A stretch of DNA of 64,000 nt from NCBI GenBank assembly GCA_964016885.1, contig OZ024747.1:54622001-54686000 (forward strand), written 5' to 3'. The notes under the pieces are model-generated. The model did not search any database. It had not been told where the DNA came from and saw only the letters and a list, made by a program, of their open reading frames with translations. Made by a program: the position numbers and the translations under genes. Origin of the DNA: Eledone cirrhosa. Taxonomy: Eukaryota. The first letter of the stretch is position 1. Each line of letters starts with the position of its first letter. This document shows positions 27,455-40,147 of this stretch, piece by piece.

Positions 27455-30400
27455 TCAACAGCAACAAAAATAATATCAACAGCAACAACAACAACAACTC
27501 CAAAAGCAACAACAACAGCAACACCTACAACAATAACAACAGCAACAAAATGAAAAACAACAACGAAATTAACAACACCAACAGCTACAACAACAACTAC
27601 AATAGAAATAACAGTAGCACCACCACCACCACAAACAACAAAAACAACAATAAAAATAACAACGGCAACAACAACTACAACAATAACAACAATAACAACA
27701 AGAGTAACAACAAGAAAACTATCAACATCAACAACAACAACACCAACAATAACACCAACAACAACACCAACAACAACGATAACACCAACAACAACTACAA
27801 CAATAACACCCACAACAACACCAACAACAACACAAACAACAACACCAACAACAACATCAACACCAACAACAACAACACCAACAACAACACCAACAACAAC
27901 AACAACAACAACACCAACACCAACAACAACAACACCAACAACAACAACAACACAAACAACAACACCAACAACAACACCAACAACAACACCACCAACAACA
28001 ACAACAACAACACCAACAACAACACCAACAACAACACCAACAACAACACCAAAAATAACACCAACAATAACAACAACAACACCAACAATACACCAACAAC
28101 AACACCAACAATAACACCAACAATAACACCAACAACAACAACACACCAACAACAACACCAACACTAACACCAACAATAACAACAACACCAACAACACACC
28201 AACAACAACACCAACAATGACACCAACAACAACGCCAACAATAACACCAACAATAACAACAACAACACCAACAATAACAACAACAACACCAACAATGACA
28301 CCAACAACAACGTCAACAATAACACCAACAATAACAACAACACCAACAACACACCAACAACAACACCAACAATAACACCAACAATGACACCAACAACAAC
28401 GCCAACAACAACACCAACAATAACACCAACAATAACAACAACAACAACACACCAACAACAACACCAACAATAACACCAACAATAACAACAACACCAACAA
28501 CACACCAACAACAACACCAACAATGACACCAACAACAACGCCAACAATAACACCAACAATAACAACAACAACACCAACAACACACCAACAACAACACCAA
28601 CAATGACACCAACAACAACGCCAACAACAACACCAACAATAACACCAACAATAACAACAACAACAACACACCAACAACAACACCAACAATAACACCAACA
28701 ATAACAACAACACCAACAACACACCAACAACAACACCAACAATGACACCAACAACAACGCCAACAACACACCAACAACAACACAAACAATGACACCAACA
28801 ACAACGCCAACAATAACACCAACAATAACAACAACAACACCAACAACACACCAACAATAACACCAACAATGACACCAACAACAACGCCAACAATAACACC
28901 AACAATAACAACAACACCAACAACACACCAACAACAACACCAACAATGCCACCAACAACAACGCCAACAATAACACCAACAATAACAACAACACCAACAA
29001 CACACCAACAACAACACCAACAACAACACCAACACCAACACCAACACCAACTACACACCAACAACAACACCAACAATGACACCAATAACAACAACAACAA
29101 CAACACCAACAACACACCAACAACAACACCAACAATGACACCAACAACAACACCAACAATAACACCAACAATAACAACAACAACACCAACAACACACCCA
29201 CAACAACACCAACAATAACACCAACAATAACAACAACAACAACACACCAACAACAACACCAACAATAACACCAACAATAACAACAACAACACCAACAACA
29301 CACCACCAACAACACCAACAATGACACCAACAACAACACCAACAATAACACACTCAACAACACCAACAACAACACCAACAACAACAACACCAACAATAAC
29401 ACCAACAACAACAACACCAACAATAACACCAACAACAACAACACCAACAACAACACCAACACCAACAATAACACCAACAACACCAACAATAACACCCTCA
29501 ACAACACCAACAACAACACCAACAACAACACCAACAATAACAAAAACAACACCAACAACACACCAACAACAACACCAACAATGACACCAACAACAACACC
29601 AACGATAACAACCTCAACAACACCAACAACAACACCAACAACAATACCAACAACACCAACACCACCAACAACAACACCAACAACACACCAACAACAACAC
29701 CAACAATAACACCAACAATGACACCAACAACAACACCAACAACACACCAACAACAACACCAACAATGACACCAACAACAACACCAACAATAACACCCTCA
29801 ACAACACCAACAACAACACCAACAACAACACCAACAACACACCAACAACAACACCAACAATGACACCAACAACAACACCAACGATAACAACCTCAACAAC
29901 ACCAACAACAACACCAACAACAATACCAACAACAACACCAACACCACCAACAACAACACCAACACCAACACCAACAACAACAACAACAACAATAACACCA
30001 ACAACAACAACACCAACAATAACACCAACAACAACAACACCAACAACAACACCAACACCAACAATAACACCAACAACAACACCAACAATAACACCCTCAA
30101 CAACACCAACAACAACACCAACAACAACAACACCAACAATAACACCAACAACAACAACACCAACAATAACACCAACAACAACAACACCAACAACAACACC
30201 AACACCAACAATAACACCAACAACACCAACAATAACACCCTCAACAACACCAACAACAACACCAACAACAACACCAACAATAACAACAACAACACCAACA
30301 ACACACCAACAACAACACCAACAATGACACCAACAACAACACCAACGATAACAACCTCAACACCAACAACAACACCAACAACAATACCAACAACAACACC

Positions 30401-30488
30401 AACACCACCAACAACAACACCAACAACACACCAACAACAACACCAACAATGACACCAACAACAACGCCGACAATAACACCAACAACAA
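27455..30488. repeat. (CAA/CAC) cryptic satellite with higher-order duplications
   Basis: AACAACACC-based units with recurring AATGACACC, AACGCC and ACCCTC variants; the 633-aa and 558-aa ORFs are artefacts. Confidence 0.9.
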
Positions 30489-30615
30489 CTTTATTTTTAT
30501 CGATCCTGTGAGGGGGAAAGGCAAAGCTAACCTCGGCGGGATTTGAACTCAGATCATAAAGGGCCGTAACTCTATGTTACAAAGCATGGTGTCCGACGCT
30601 CTACTGATGCTGCCA
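30489..30615 (-). mobile_element. SINE family 1, 3'-truncated
   Basis: SINE head and body on minus; left arm of a larger inverted duplication. Confidence 0.8.
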
Positions 30616-30841
30616 TTCGATTCGTTTTCAAGCAAACAGCCTCATTGCGGTATGTTTTTTAGGTGACCATCACCATACCTTTGTTCTACAGAAGAGAGAT
30701 ACACTCTCTTGACAAGGGTCAATAACCCCAACACAATATTATTCTCTATTGTTTCTCTCTGTCACTGCTAGAACACAAGGCTGGCGATGGTCATCTAAAA
30801 AACAATTCGTAGTGAGTCTGTTTGCTTGAAAACGAATCGAA

Positions 30842-31050
30842 TGGCAGTATCAGTAGAGCGTCGGACACTATGCTTTGCAACATAGAGTTACTGCTCTTTA
30901 CCTTCTAAGTTCAAATCTGGCCGGGGTTAACTTTGCCTTTCATCCTTACGGAGTCGATAAAATAGAGTACCAGTCACGCACTGGGGTCGATTTAATCGAC
31001 TTTCTCCTCCCCCAAATCACTGGCATTGTGCCTTATAAGAAACAATTATT
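30842..31050 (+). mobile_element. SINE family 1 copy
   Basis: TGGCAGTATCAGTAGAG...GTTCAAATC...GGCATTGTGCC..AGAAACAATTATTATT. Confidence 0.85.
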
Positions 31051-31054
31051 ATTC

Positions 31055-31247
31055 GCGGTGAATTGGCAGTATAGGTAGAGGGTTAGCCGCCATGTTTTCC
31101 TGCATAGTTACATCCCTTTACGATCTGAGTTCAAATCCCGCCGAGGTTAACTTTGCCTTTCATCCTTACGGGATCGATAAAATAAAGTACCAGTAATGTA
31201 CTGGGTAATTTGCTGGCCTTGTGCCTAAAGTAGAAACAATGATTATT
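31055..31247 (+). mobile_element. SINE family 1 copy, tandem behind the previous copy's ATT tail
   Basis: GCGGTGAATTGGCAGTATAGG...GAGTTCAAATCCCGCCGAGG...GGCCTTGTGCCTAAAGTAGAAACAATGATTATT. Confidence 0.85.
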
Positions 31248-31907
31248 CGATATAACACGCATACTCTATGTCAGAGCAAGAAACCAAATTCTAATTTTGT
31301 TTTTAAATAAAAATAATTTAAAAAAATAAAATAGAAGAAAATGTATAAACTTGTTAAAATGTTTTTATTATCTGCTACCAGGTTTTTTTAAAGTGTTTAG
31401 GGATTTTTGCTTTGTTGGTTTTGTCACATTTAATTTCAAGTACTATTGTGAGAGACATGAAATTGTGGGACCTTTCTGAAATATAATGATGTTACGATAA
31501 ACTCTGATGGCTACAGTTGATACTGATGTAGTAAGGTGGCGGTGGAAGTAGTGATGGTGGTGGTTGTGGTTTTGTTGGTGGTGGATTTGTTGTCGGGAGA
31601 TGCTACGGTTGTAGTAGTGGTTTTGGTTATAGTGGTGGTGGTGGTATCAATGAAGGTGGTGTAGTTCGTGGTGATGGTGGTATTAGTTATGGTGGTTGTG
31701 CTGGTGGTTGTGGTGGTGGTATCAATGAAGGTGGTGTAGTTCGTGGTGATGGTGGTATTAGTTATGGTGGTTGTGCTGGTGGTTGTGGTGGTGTAGTTTT
31801 GGTGGTGCTGGTGTTTGTGGTGGTGGTAGCTGTGGTGGTGATGGCTGTGGTGGTTGAATTAGTGTAGGTTATAGTAGTGTTAGTGGTTGTTTTAATGATG
31901 TTTATGT

Positions 31908-32096
31908 AATAATTGTTTCTACTTTTGGCAGAAGGCCTGCAATTAACCCAGTGTATTACTGGTACTTTATTATATCGACCCTGTAAGGATGAAATGCAAA
32001 GTTAACGTCGGCGGGATTTGAACTCAGATCATAAGGGTCCGTAACTCTTTACTGCAAAGCATGGCGTACGAACTTCTACCGATACTGCCAATCCAC
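31908..32096 (-). mobile_element. SINE family 1 copy
   Basis: Same consensus on the minus strand. Confidence 0.85.
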
Positions 32097-32889
32097 TTAT
32101 GTAATAATGTTGTTGGTGTTGTTAGGGTCAGATGGTTTTGTAAGTACTAAAGGTTTTGTTGCAGTTGATTTTAAGATGCTGATAATGGTGGGTTGTGAGA
32201 TCACCGTTTCTGTATTTTGATTAGCGAGATGTCCAGGTTATTCTGCCACAAACGTCAGAAACGGAAACGACGAAGTGTCATATCAACCAGAACAGCAACG
32301 ACATCAATACATAAACAGTTTTATCATCATCATTGTTAATATCATCATTGTCATCATCATCATCATCCTTATCATACCACAGGGATACCACACAATGGTA
32401 CAGTCTCATATCTTAGATCATCAAACCATTATGGCACACAACACCACATTATGGAAACGGTACATCGTACTATACAACAGCGACACCACACAACCACACG
32501 GTCCCAGATACCTGATCATTAAATCTCTATGCCACACTTCACCACACTCTGACCGCGGCACATTCCACAATACAAGAGAAACACTACATCACATCATGGT
32601 GTCCCATATCACAACAAAACACCATTGTGAACATTACACCTCAATATGATAGCGGCACAACCCAGCATAAAACAGCCCCCGAAACCCTCCAACACGAATC
32701 CAAATCACACGTGATATAATAACTGTTTCTACTTTAGGCACAAGGCCAGCAATTACCCAGTGCATTACTGGTACTTTATTTTATCGACACCTGATATAAT
32801 AACGATACTCCCTATTATGCAACAATGACATGACCTAACAGGCCACTACAGCAAACTACACAGCATTACAGCACCGCGCACACCACGTC

Positions 32890-33715
32890 ATACTACAACA
32901 CAACACATCCAAGGTAGCAAACAACACACACCACACACCATACACTACACACCACACACAGACACCACAAACTACACACCACACACCACACACCACACAT
33001 CACACACCAAACTCCATACACTACACACCATACACCACACACAACACACCACACACCACACACCACACACCACACACTACACACAACACCAGACACCACA
33101 CACTACACACCACACACCACAGCACACATCACACACTACCCACCACACATCACACACCACACACGACAAACTACACACTACACACCACACCAGACACTAC
33201 CCACCACACATCACACACCACACACGACAAACTACACACTACACACCACACCAGACACCACACACTACACACCACACACCACAGCACACATCACACACTA
33301 CCCACCACACATCACACACCACACACGACAAACTACACACTACACACCACACCAGACACTACCCACCACACATCACACACCACACACGACAAACTACACA
33401 CTACACACCACACCAGACACCACACACTACACACCACACACCACAGCACACATGACACACTACCCACAACACACTACACACACCACACACTACACACAAC
33501 ACACCACACACTACACACAACACACCACACACCACACACCACACACTACACACAACACACCACACAACACACCATACACCATACACCAAACCCAACATAC
33601 CACACCACACACCACACCATACACCATACACCAAACTCAACACACCACACCACACACCACACACCATACACCACACACCACACACCATACACCAAACACA
33701 CCACACCACAACCAC
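32890..33715. repeat. (CACAC/CACACAC) cryptic repeat with ~52-bp higher-order units
   Basis: CTACCCACCACACATCACACACCACACACGACAAACTACACAC recurs 4 times between 33137 and 33400. Confidence 0.85.
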
Positions 33716-33970
33716 TCACAGAATACCACACAGAGAACACTGACACAAATGACAAGCCAGCCACACCGTAATGACCTCCACCAGTATCTCATCATGACAC
33801 AACCCACAACACCGCCATGTCACAGTCACATCACACCCTCCAATAATTCATTCTTCATGTTAATTAGTTTCAAAATGAAATGATTTTTATGTAAAATCAT
33901 GAACACACATTTTTTTATACTAATATCATTGTTATTGTTGTTGTTGTTGTTGTTGTTGTTGCTGTTGTTT

Positions 33971-34032
<62 letters not shown>

Positions 34033-34149
34033 CCTGCTGCTACTGCTGCTGGTAGTAGTAGTAGTAGCGGTGGCGATGTAGGTGTCATTGACTTCGTCGT
34101 CAGTGTTGTCATTGTGTGGTTGCTGTTTAGTTGTGTCTATTATTGTTGT

Positions 34150-36990
34150 AACATCATCATCATCATCATCGTCATCATCATCATAATCGTCATCATCATC
34201 ATCATCGTCATCATCATCATCATCCTCGTCATCATCATCACCTTCATTGCCATCATAGCCATTATCATAATCATCATCATCATCACCATCACCATCACCA
34301 TCACCACCACCATCACCATTATCACCATCACCATTACCATCACCACCATCACCATCACCATCACCATCACCATCATCGCCATCACCATCATCATCATCAC
34401 CATCACCATTACCACCATCACCATCACCATCATCGCCATCACCATCATCACCATCACCATCACCATCACCACCACCATCTTCGCCATCACCATCATCATC
34501 ACCCTCACATCACCATCATCGCCATCATCATCATCATCATCACCATCACCATTACCACCGACCCCATCATCACTATCATCACCATCGCCATCACCATCAC
34601 CACCACCATCACCATCACCATCATCCCCATCACCATCACCATCATCATCATCACCATCACCACCATCACCATCACCATCACCATCATCACCATCACCATG
34701 ACCATCATCACCATCACCATCACCACCATCATCATCACCATCACCATCACCATCATAGCCATCATCATCATCACTGTCATCATTACCATCATCACCATCA
34801 CCATCAATATCATCGCCATCATCATAATCATCATCACCATCACCATCACGACCGCCCCCATCATCACCATCATCACCATCGCCATCATCATCATCATCAC
34901 CATCACCATCACCGCCACCCCATCACCACCATCATCATCACCATCACCATCACCACCACCACCATCACCACCATCACCACCACCATCACCACCACCATCA
35001 CCATCACCACCACCACCACCATCACCACCATCACCACCACCATCACCACCACCATCACCATCACCATCACCATCACCATCACCACCACCATCAACACCAC
35101 CATCACCATCACCACCACCACCACCATCACCATCACCACCACCATCACCATCACCACCACCATCACCATCACCACCACCATCACTATCACCATCACCATC
35201 ACCACCACCATCACCACCACCACCACCATCACCATCACCACCACCATAACCGCCACCCCATCACCACCATCATCATCACCATCGCCATCATCATCATCAT
35301 CACCATCACCATCACCGCCACCCCATCACCACCATCATCATCACCATCACCATCACCACCACCACCATCACCACCATCACCACCACCATCACCACCACCG
35401 TCACCATCACCACCACCACCACCACCACCATCACCACCATCACCACCACCATCACCACCACCATCACATTCACCATCACCATCACCATCTCCATCACCAC
35501 CACCATCACCACCACCATCACCATCACCACTACCATCACCATCACCACCACCATCACCACCACCATCACCATCACCATCACTATCACCATCACCATCACC
35601 ACCACCATCACCATCACCATCACCACCACCATCACTATCACCATCACCACCACCATCACCACCACCATCACCATCACCACCACCACCACCATCACCATCA
35701 CCATCACCATCACCATCACCACCACCATCAACACCACCACCACCATCACCATCACCACCACCATCACCATCACCACCACCATCACCACCACCATCACCAT
35801 CACCATCACCATCACCACCACCATCACCATCACCACCACCATCACCATCACCACCAGCATCACCACCACCACCATCATCACCATCACCACCACCATCACC
35901 GTCACCATCATCACCATCACCACCACCATCACCATCACCATCACTATCACCATCACCATCACCACCACCATCACCATCACCATCACCACCACCATCACTA
36001 TCACCATCACCACCACCATCACCACCACCATCACCATCACCACCACCACCACCATCACCATCACCATCACCATCACCATCACCACCACCATCAACACCAC
36101 CACCACCATCACCATCACCACCACCATCACCATCACCACCACCATCACCACCACCATCACCATCACCATCACCATCACCACCACCATCACCATCACCACC
36201 ACCATCACCATCACCACCACCATCACCACCACCACCATCATCACCATCACCACCACCATCACCATCACCATCATCACCATCACCACCACCATCACCATCA
36301 CCATCACCATCACCACCATCATCATCACCACCCCCATCACCACCACCACCATCACCACCACCACCACCACCACCATCACCATCACCATCACCACCATCAC
36401 CGTCACCACCACCATCACCACCACCACCACCACCACCACCATCACCACCACCATCACCATCACCACCACCATCACCATCACCATCACCATCACCACCACC
36501 ATCACCATCACCATCACCATCACCATCACCATCACCATCACCATCACCATCACCACCACCACCACCACCACCACCACCATCACCATCACCACCACCATCA
36601 CCATCACCATCACCATCACCACCACCATCACCACCACCATCACCACCACCACCACCATCACAACCATCACCATCACACCATCACCACCACCATCACCACC
36701 ACCATCAGCACCATCATCACATCACCATCACCACCATCACCATCACACCATCACCACCACCATCACCACCACCATCACCATCACCACCACCATCACCATC
36801 ACCATCACCATCACCACCACCATCACCACCACCATCACCACCACCACCATCACAACCATCACCATCACACCATCACCACCACCATCACCACCACCATCAC
36901 CATCAGCACCATCATCACATCACCATCACCACCATCACCATCACACCATCACCACCACCATCACCACCACCATCACCATCATCACCGTCG
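34150..36990. repeat. (CAT/CAC)n 2.8-kb cryptic microsatellite
   Basis: In-phase CAT/CAC triplets; an internal ~363-bp duplication (35580 vs 35944). Confidence 0.9.
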
Positions 36991-37256
36991 TTGCCATTCT
37001 CCTTGTTTTTTGTTTTTTTCTTCCTTATCGTTGTTGTTGATATGTAACATTTGTAATATTTTATATGATATATTGTCTTGTTGTTCCATCTCATCATGCA
37101 ATGAATACAATTGTATTTGTCAGGTGCAGTGACGCTCCTCTCAAAGTCAACAGATAAAATGCAAATTTATAGACAAGGTCGGTGAGGTTTTGTGTGTTCA
37201 GTGTAGTTGAATTATGTTGTTGCAGTTGATGTTAATGTTCCTGTAGTAGTAGTAGC

Positions 37257-37308
<52 letters not shown>

Positions 37309-37396
37309 GGTGGTGGTGTTGTTGTTGTTGCTGTTGTTGTTGTTGTTGCTGTCAAGTTTCTTTGTTTTTTTGTTGAAGATTTGTTGTTGTTTGTCA

Positions 37397-37436
<40 letters not shown>

Positions 37437-37470
37437 TATTATTATTACTATCATTATTATTATTATTATT

Positions 37471-37985
37471 CGTGAGGATTGCCCCGCCCTCTTCCTTTAG
37501 CCGGGAAGGGCAGGCAGTTTTTATCTGTCTGGTGGCCATGGCGAAAGAGATAGTATGGTGGACACGTTTGAAAGGGCTGAAGACGAGCACTTACCTGTTC
37601 GGTGATGCCCTGATTAACTTTTTCAAATTTCATTTGAAAAGGAAAATCAGGGTAGAGGGGGAAGTGCTCTCTTCCCAGCATTTTGTTGAAAGATGGGTGA
37701 GAGAAGCAAGTATGTCTCTGAGTATGTGTCTGTAATTTAAAGGTGGAAAACTAGGAGAGGGCACTTGCCCTGGTGGTCAGGGTCACTGTGGCTTTTTAAT
37801 GGGCTTTCTCCACGAATGTCCCTCGGAAGTCTCCCCCCTATTGGGGAATATTTTCATTGTTCTATTATTACATCCTCTGTTTCTTGTTTTTTTTACACGC
37901 AGAAAAGTCTATTTATACCGCCCTGTATTGTCCTGTACTGTCCTTAATGTCTACTTTATGTGAACCCTTGTGGTTAATAAAGAAA

Positions 37986-37987
<2 letters not shown>
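37471..37987 (+). mobile_element. 5'-truncated copy of the Tx1 element at 44972-50873, in (TTA)n
   Basis: Highly similar to 50348-50873 with a short internal deletion; (TTA)n on both sides. Confidence 0.95.
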
Positions 37988-38054
<67 letters not shown>

Positions 38055-38055
<1 letters not shown>

Positions 38056-40009
38056 AGCTGCATTTATCTTGCTTTATGTTCATACGAGTTATCACCAAGT
38101 CACAACCAGTGACCTCAAGAGACAACAAGGTCCGCCATGTTCAAAAAAGAACATACATACTCACACATGCATCTTTAGGTGTTTAGACTTGTGATGTACT
38201 TATATTGACAGAATCTTCCTTAGTATATGGGCAGTTCCCATTAGTACTATCTTTTGTATTTCTCCTATACGCGGGTTTCCTGGGACTTGCGATAAGTAAT
38301 CATTAGACCCCTTAGGTATCATTCCTAGAGCGCCTACAACCACTGGTATTGTTTTAGTTCTCAATTTCCACATTTTTCCAATTTCTATCTCCAGGTCCTT
38401 ATACTTGCTCAATTTTTCAAATGTTTTTATAGATACATTCTTGTCTATTGGAACGGACATATCAATTAGCAGGCATACCCTCTTTTTAAAGTCCTTCAAT
38501 ATTATATCAGGTCTATTTGCATCTATTTTTCGGTCTGATTGGATGCTAAAGTTCCACAAGATTGAGATGTGATCTTTTTCAAGTATGGGAGGTGGTTGAT
38601 GCTCCCACCAATTCTTTTGATGGGGCAGGTCAAAATGCTTACACATTATCCAATGTATGTATTGTGCAGCTCTGTCATGCCTGTTTAGGTATTCGGTTGG
38701 AGCTATAGGACTGCACATTGAAATTATATGGTCAATGGTCTCTGGTTGTTTTTTGCATACACGGCATAATGGGCTGCATCCATTTTTTATTATGTTGGCT
38801 TGGTAATTTTTTGTTGGCAGACACTGATCTTGTGCTGATATAATCAATCCTTCAGTCTCCGATTTCAGTCCAGAGGATGCCAACCACTGATGGGTTAAAG
38901 TTTTGTCAACATCAAGATTGTTAGCTCGCTCTGGGTATTTTCCATACAGAGGCTTTTCTTGCCATTTCTTAGCCAGTTTCTGTAGCAGTTCTTTCTTTGC
39001 AGTTACTTTTACCTGTTTTGCTTTTTCTGTGTTTTCCATTTCAGCAGTAAATGGGACTTCTGAAATTTGTAGTCCATTACTGTATCTTTGTGCATCTTTT
39101 GTAATGGAATATGATCTTTTGATGCTTTCGTGTTTCAAAACGAGTTTGATCATCCAATCATGTGATTCCCTTAGATATGTAGATAATCCAATTGTTACAG
39201 TTTTCAACGCAATGTCTAACTGGATTAACCCACGTCCTCCTTCTTTCGTAGGGAGATATATTCTATCTATATCTGCCTTAGGATGATGCATTCTGTGCAT
39301 GGTTAAGGATTTTCGAATTTTTGTATCGAGCCTACGGATCTCTGTGCTTGACCAGTTGATGACATTGTAACTGTAGGTTACTACTGGTATGGCAAGCGTG
39401 TTTATGGCATTGATCCTATTCCTTACATTCAATTCCGTTCTTAAGATTGCTCTTACTCTGCGGTAACATTCCTTCCTTATCCTTTCCCTCATTGTCGAGT
39501 GCTTGATTCCGTCTCCTTCACAAACACCTAGATATTTGTAAGTTTTTTCTTGATCAAGTTCTCTTATCACGTTCCCCCGATCAAGATTAATGTCTGAACT
39601 CTTCAGCAGCTTTCCTCTGGTGAACGTTGCTTTGGCGCATTTATCTAGTCCAAACTCCATGTTAATGTCATCACTGAACTGCTCCACAGTGGATAATAGC
39701 CCTTGCAATTGTTCATCATTTTTTGCAAATAGTTTCAGGTCATCCATGTAGAACAGGTGATTAATGGTTTTGTCATAGACTTTATATCCATGTTTTGTTT
39801 CATTGAGCATTTTACTTAATGGTATAAGTGCGATGCAGAATAAAAGCGGTGATAAAGAGTCACCCTGAAAAATTCCACAATTAATATTAGCTTCTCCAGC
39901 TTCCAGTGATTTTGTTTCACTATTCAAAAGGAGTGTCGTTTTCCATGTCTTCATACTGAATGACAAAAACCTCCTGACAACGGGGGATATTTTGAAAATC
40001 TCTAAACAA

Positions 40010-40012
<3 letters not shown>
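38055..40012 (-). mobile_element. 5'-truncated Dong/R4-clade non-LTR retrotransposon (family B)
   Basis: Begins mid-RT directly after (TAA)n; ~145-bp 3' UTR ends in (TAA)n. Confidence 0.9.
38200..39966 (-). CDS. Partial RT plus CCHC zinc knuckle plus restriction-like endonuclease (Dong/R4)
   Basis: GIFQGDSLSPLLF, YMDDLKL, CRVC-x8-H-x4-C, RHD, NRPDI...IDMSVP...KYKDL; frame stays open upstream to the truncation at ~40012, so there is no true start codon. Confidence 0.92.
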   Translation of the reverse strand: MSFSMKTWKTTLLLNSETKSLEAGEANINCGIFQGDSLSPLLFCIALIPLSKMLNETKHGYKVYDKTINHLFYMDDLKLFAKNDEQLQGLLSTVEQFSDDINMEFGLDKCAKATFTRGKLLKSSDINLDRGNVIRELDQEKTYKYLGVCEGDGIKHSTMRERIRKECYRRVRAILRTELNVRNRINAINTLAIPVVTYSYNVINWSSTEIRRLDTKIRKSLTMHRMHHPKADIDRIYLPTKEGGRGLIQLDIALKTVTIGLSTYLRESHDWMIKLVLKHESIKRSYSITKDAQRYSNGLQISEVPFTAEMENTEKAKQVKVTAKKELLQKLAKKWQEKPLYGKYPERANNLDVDKTLTHQWLASSGLKSETEGLIISAQDQCLPTKNYQANIIKNGCSPLCRVCKKQPETIDHIISMCSPIAPTEYLNRHDRAAQYIHWIMCKHFDLPHQKNWWEHQPPPILEKDHISILWNFSIQSDRKIDANRPDIILKDFKKRVCLLIDMSVPIDKNVSIKTFEKLSKYKDLEIEIGKMWKLRTKTIPVVVGALGMIPKGSNDYLSQVPGNPRIGEIQKIVLMGTAHILRKILSI

Positions 40013-40061
<49 letters not shown>

Positions 40062-40147
40062 GTTATTGTTATTCCTTGAATCTCAGTCATTGATGTTGGT
40101 TAACTGGAAAGTCCGTTGGATTGAATATCAAGCCACTACCTGCAGCC

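Noticed and set aside
27400-30429. 633-aa, 558-aa and mucin-like PTTT ORFs
   Set aside because: Translations of a CAA/CAC satellite with frequent frame-shifting units; no domain or splice evidence.
31055-31145. tRNA-like A and B boxes
   Set aside because: SINE head; no cloverleaf, and it continues into the SINE body.
35312-36676. 454-aa Met/Val ORF and extensin-like SP reading
   Set aside because: Stop-free CAT/CAC microsatellite.
37124-37186. Possible micro-exon (TTTGTCAG...GTGAGG)
   Set aside because: Isolated, short, no recognisable peptide or partner exons.
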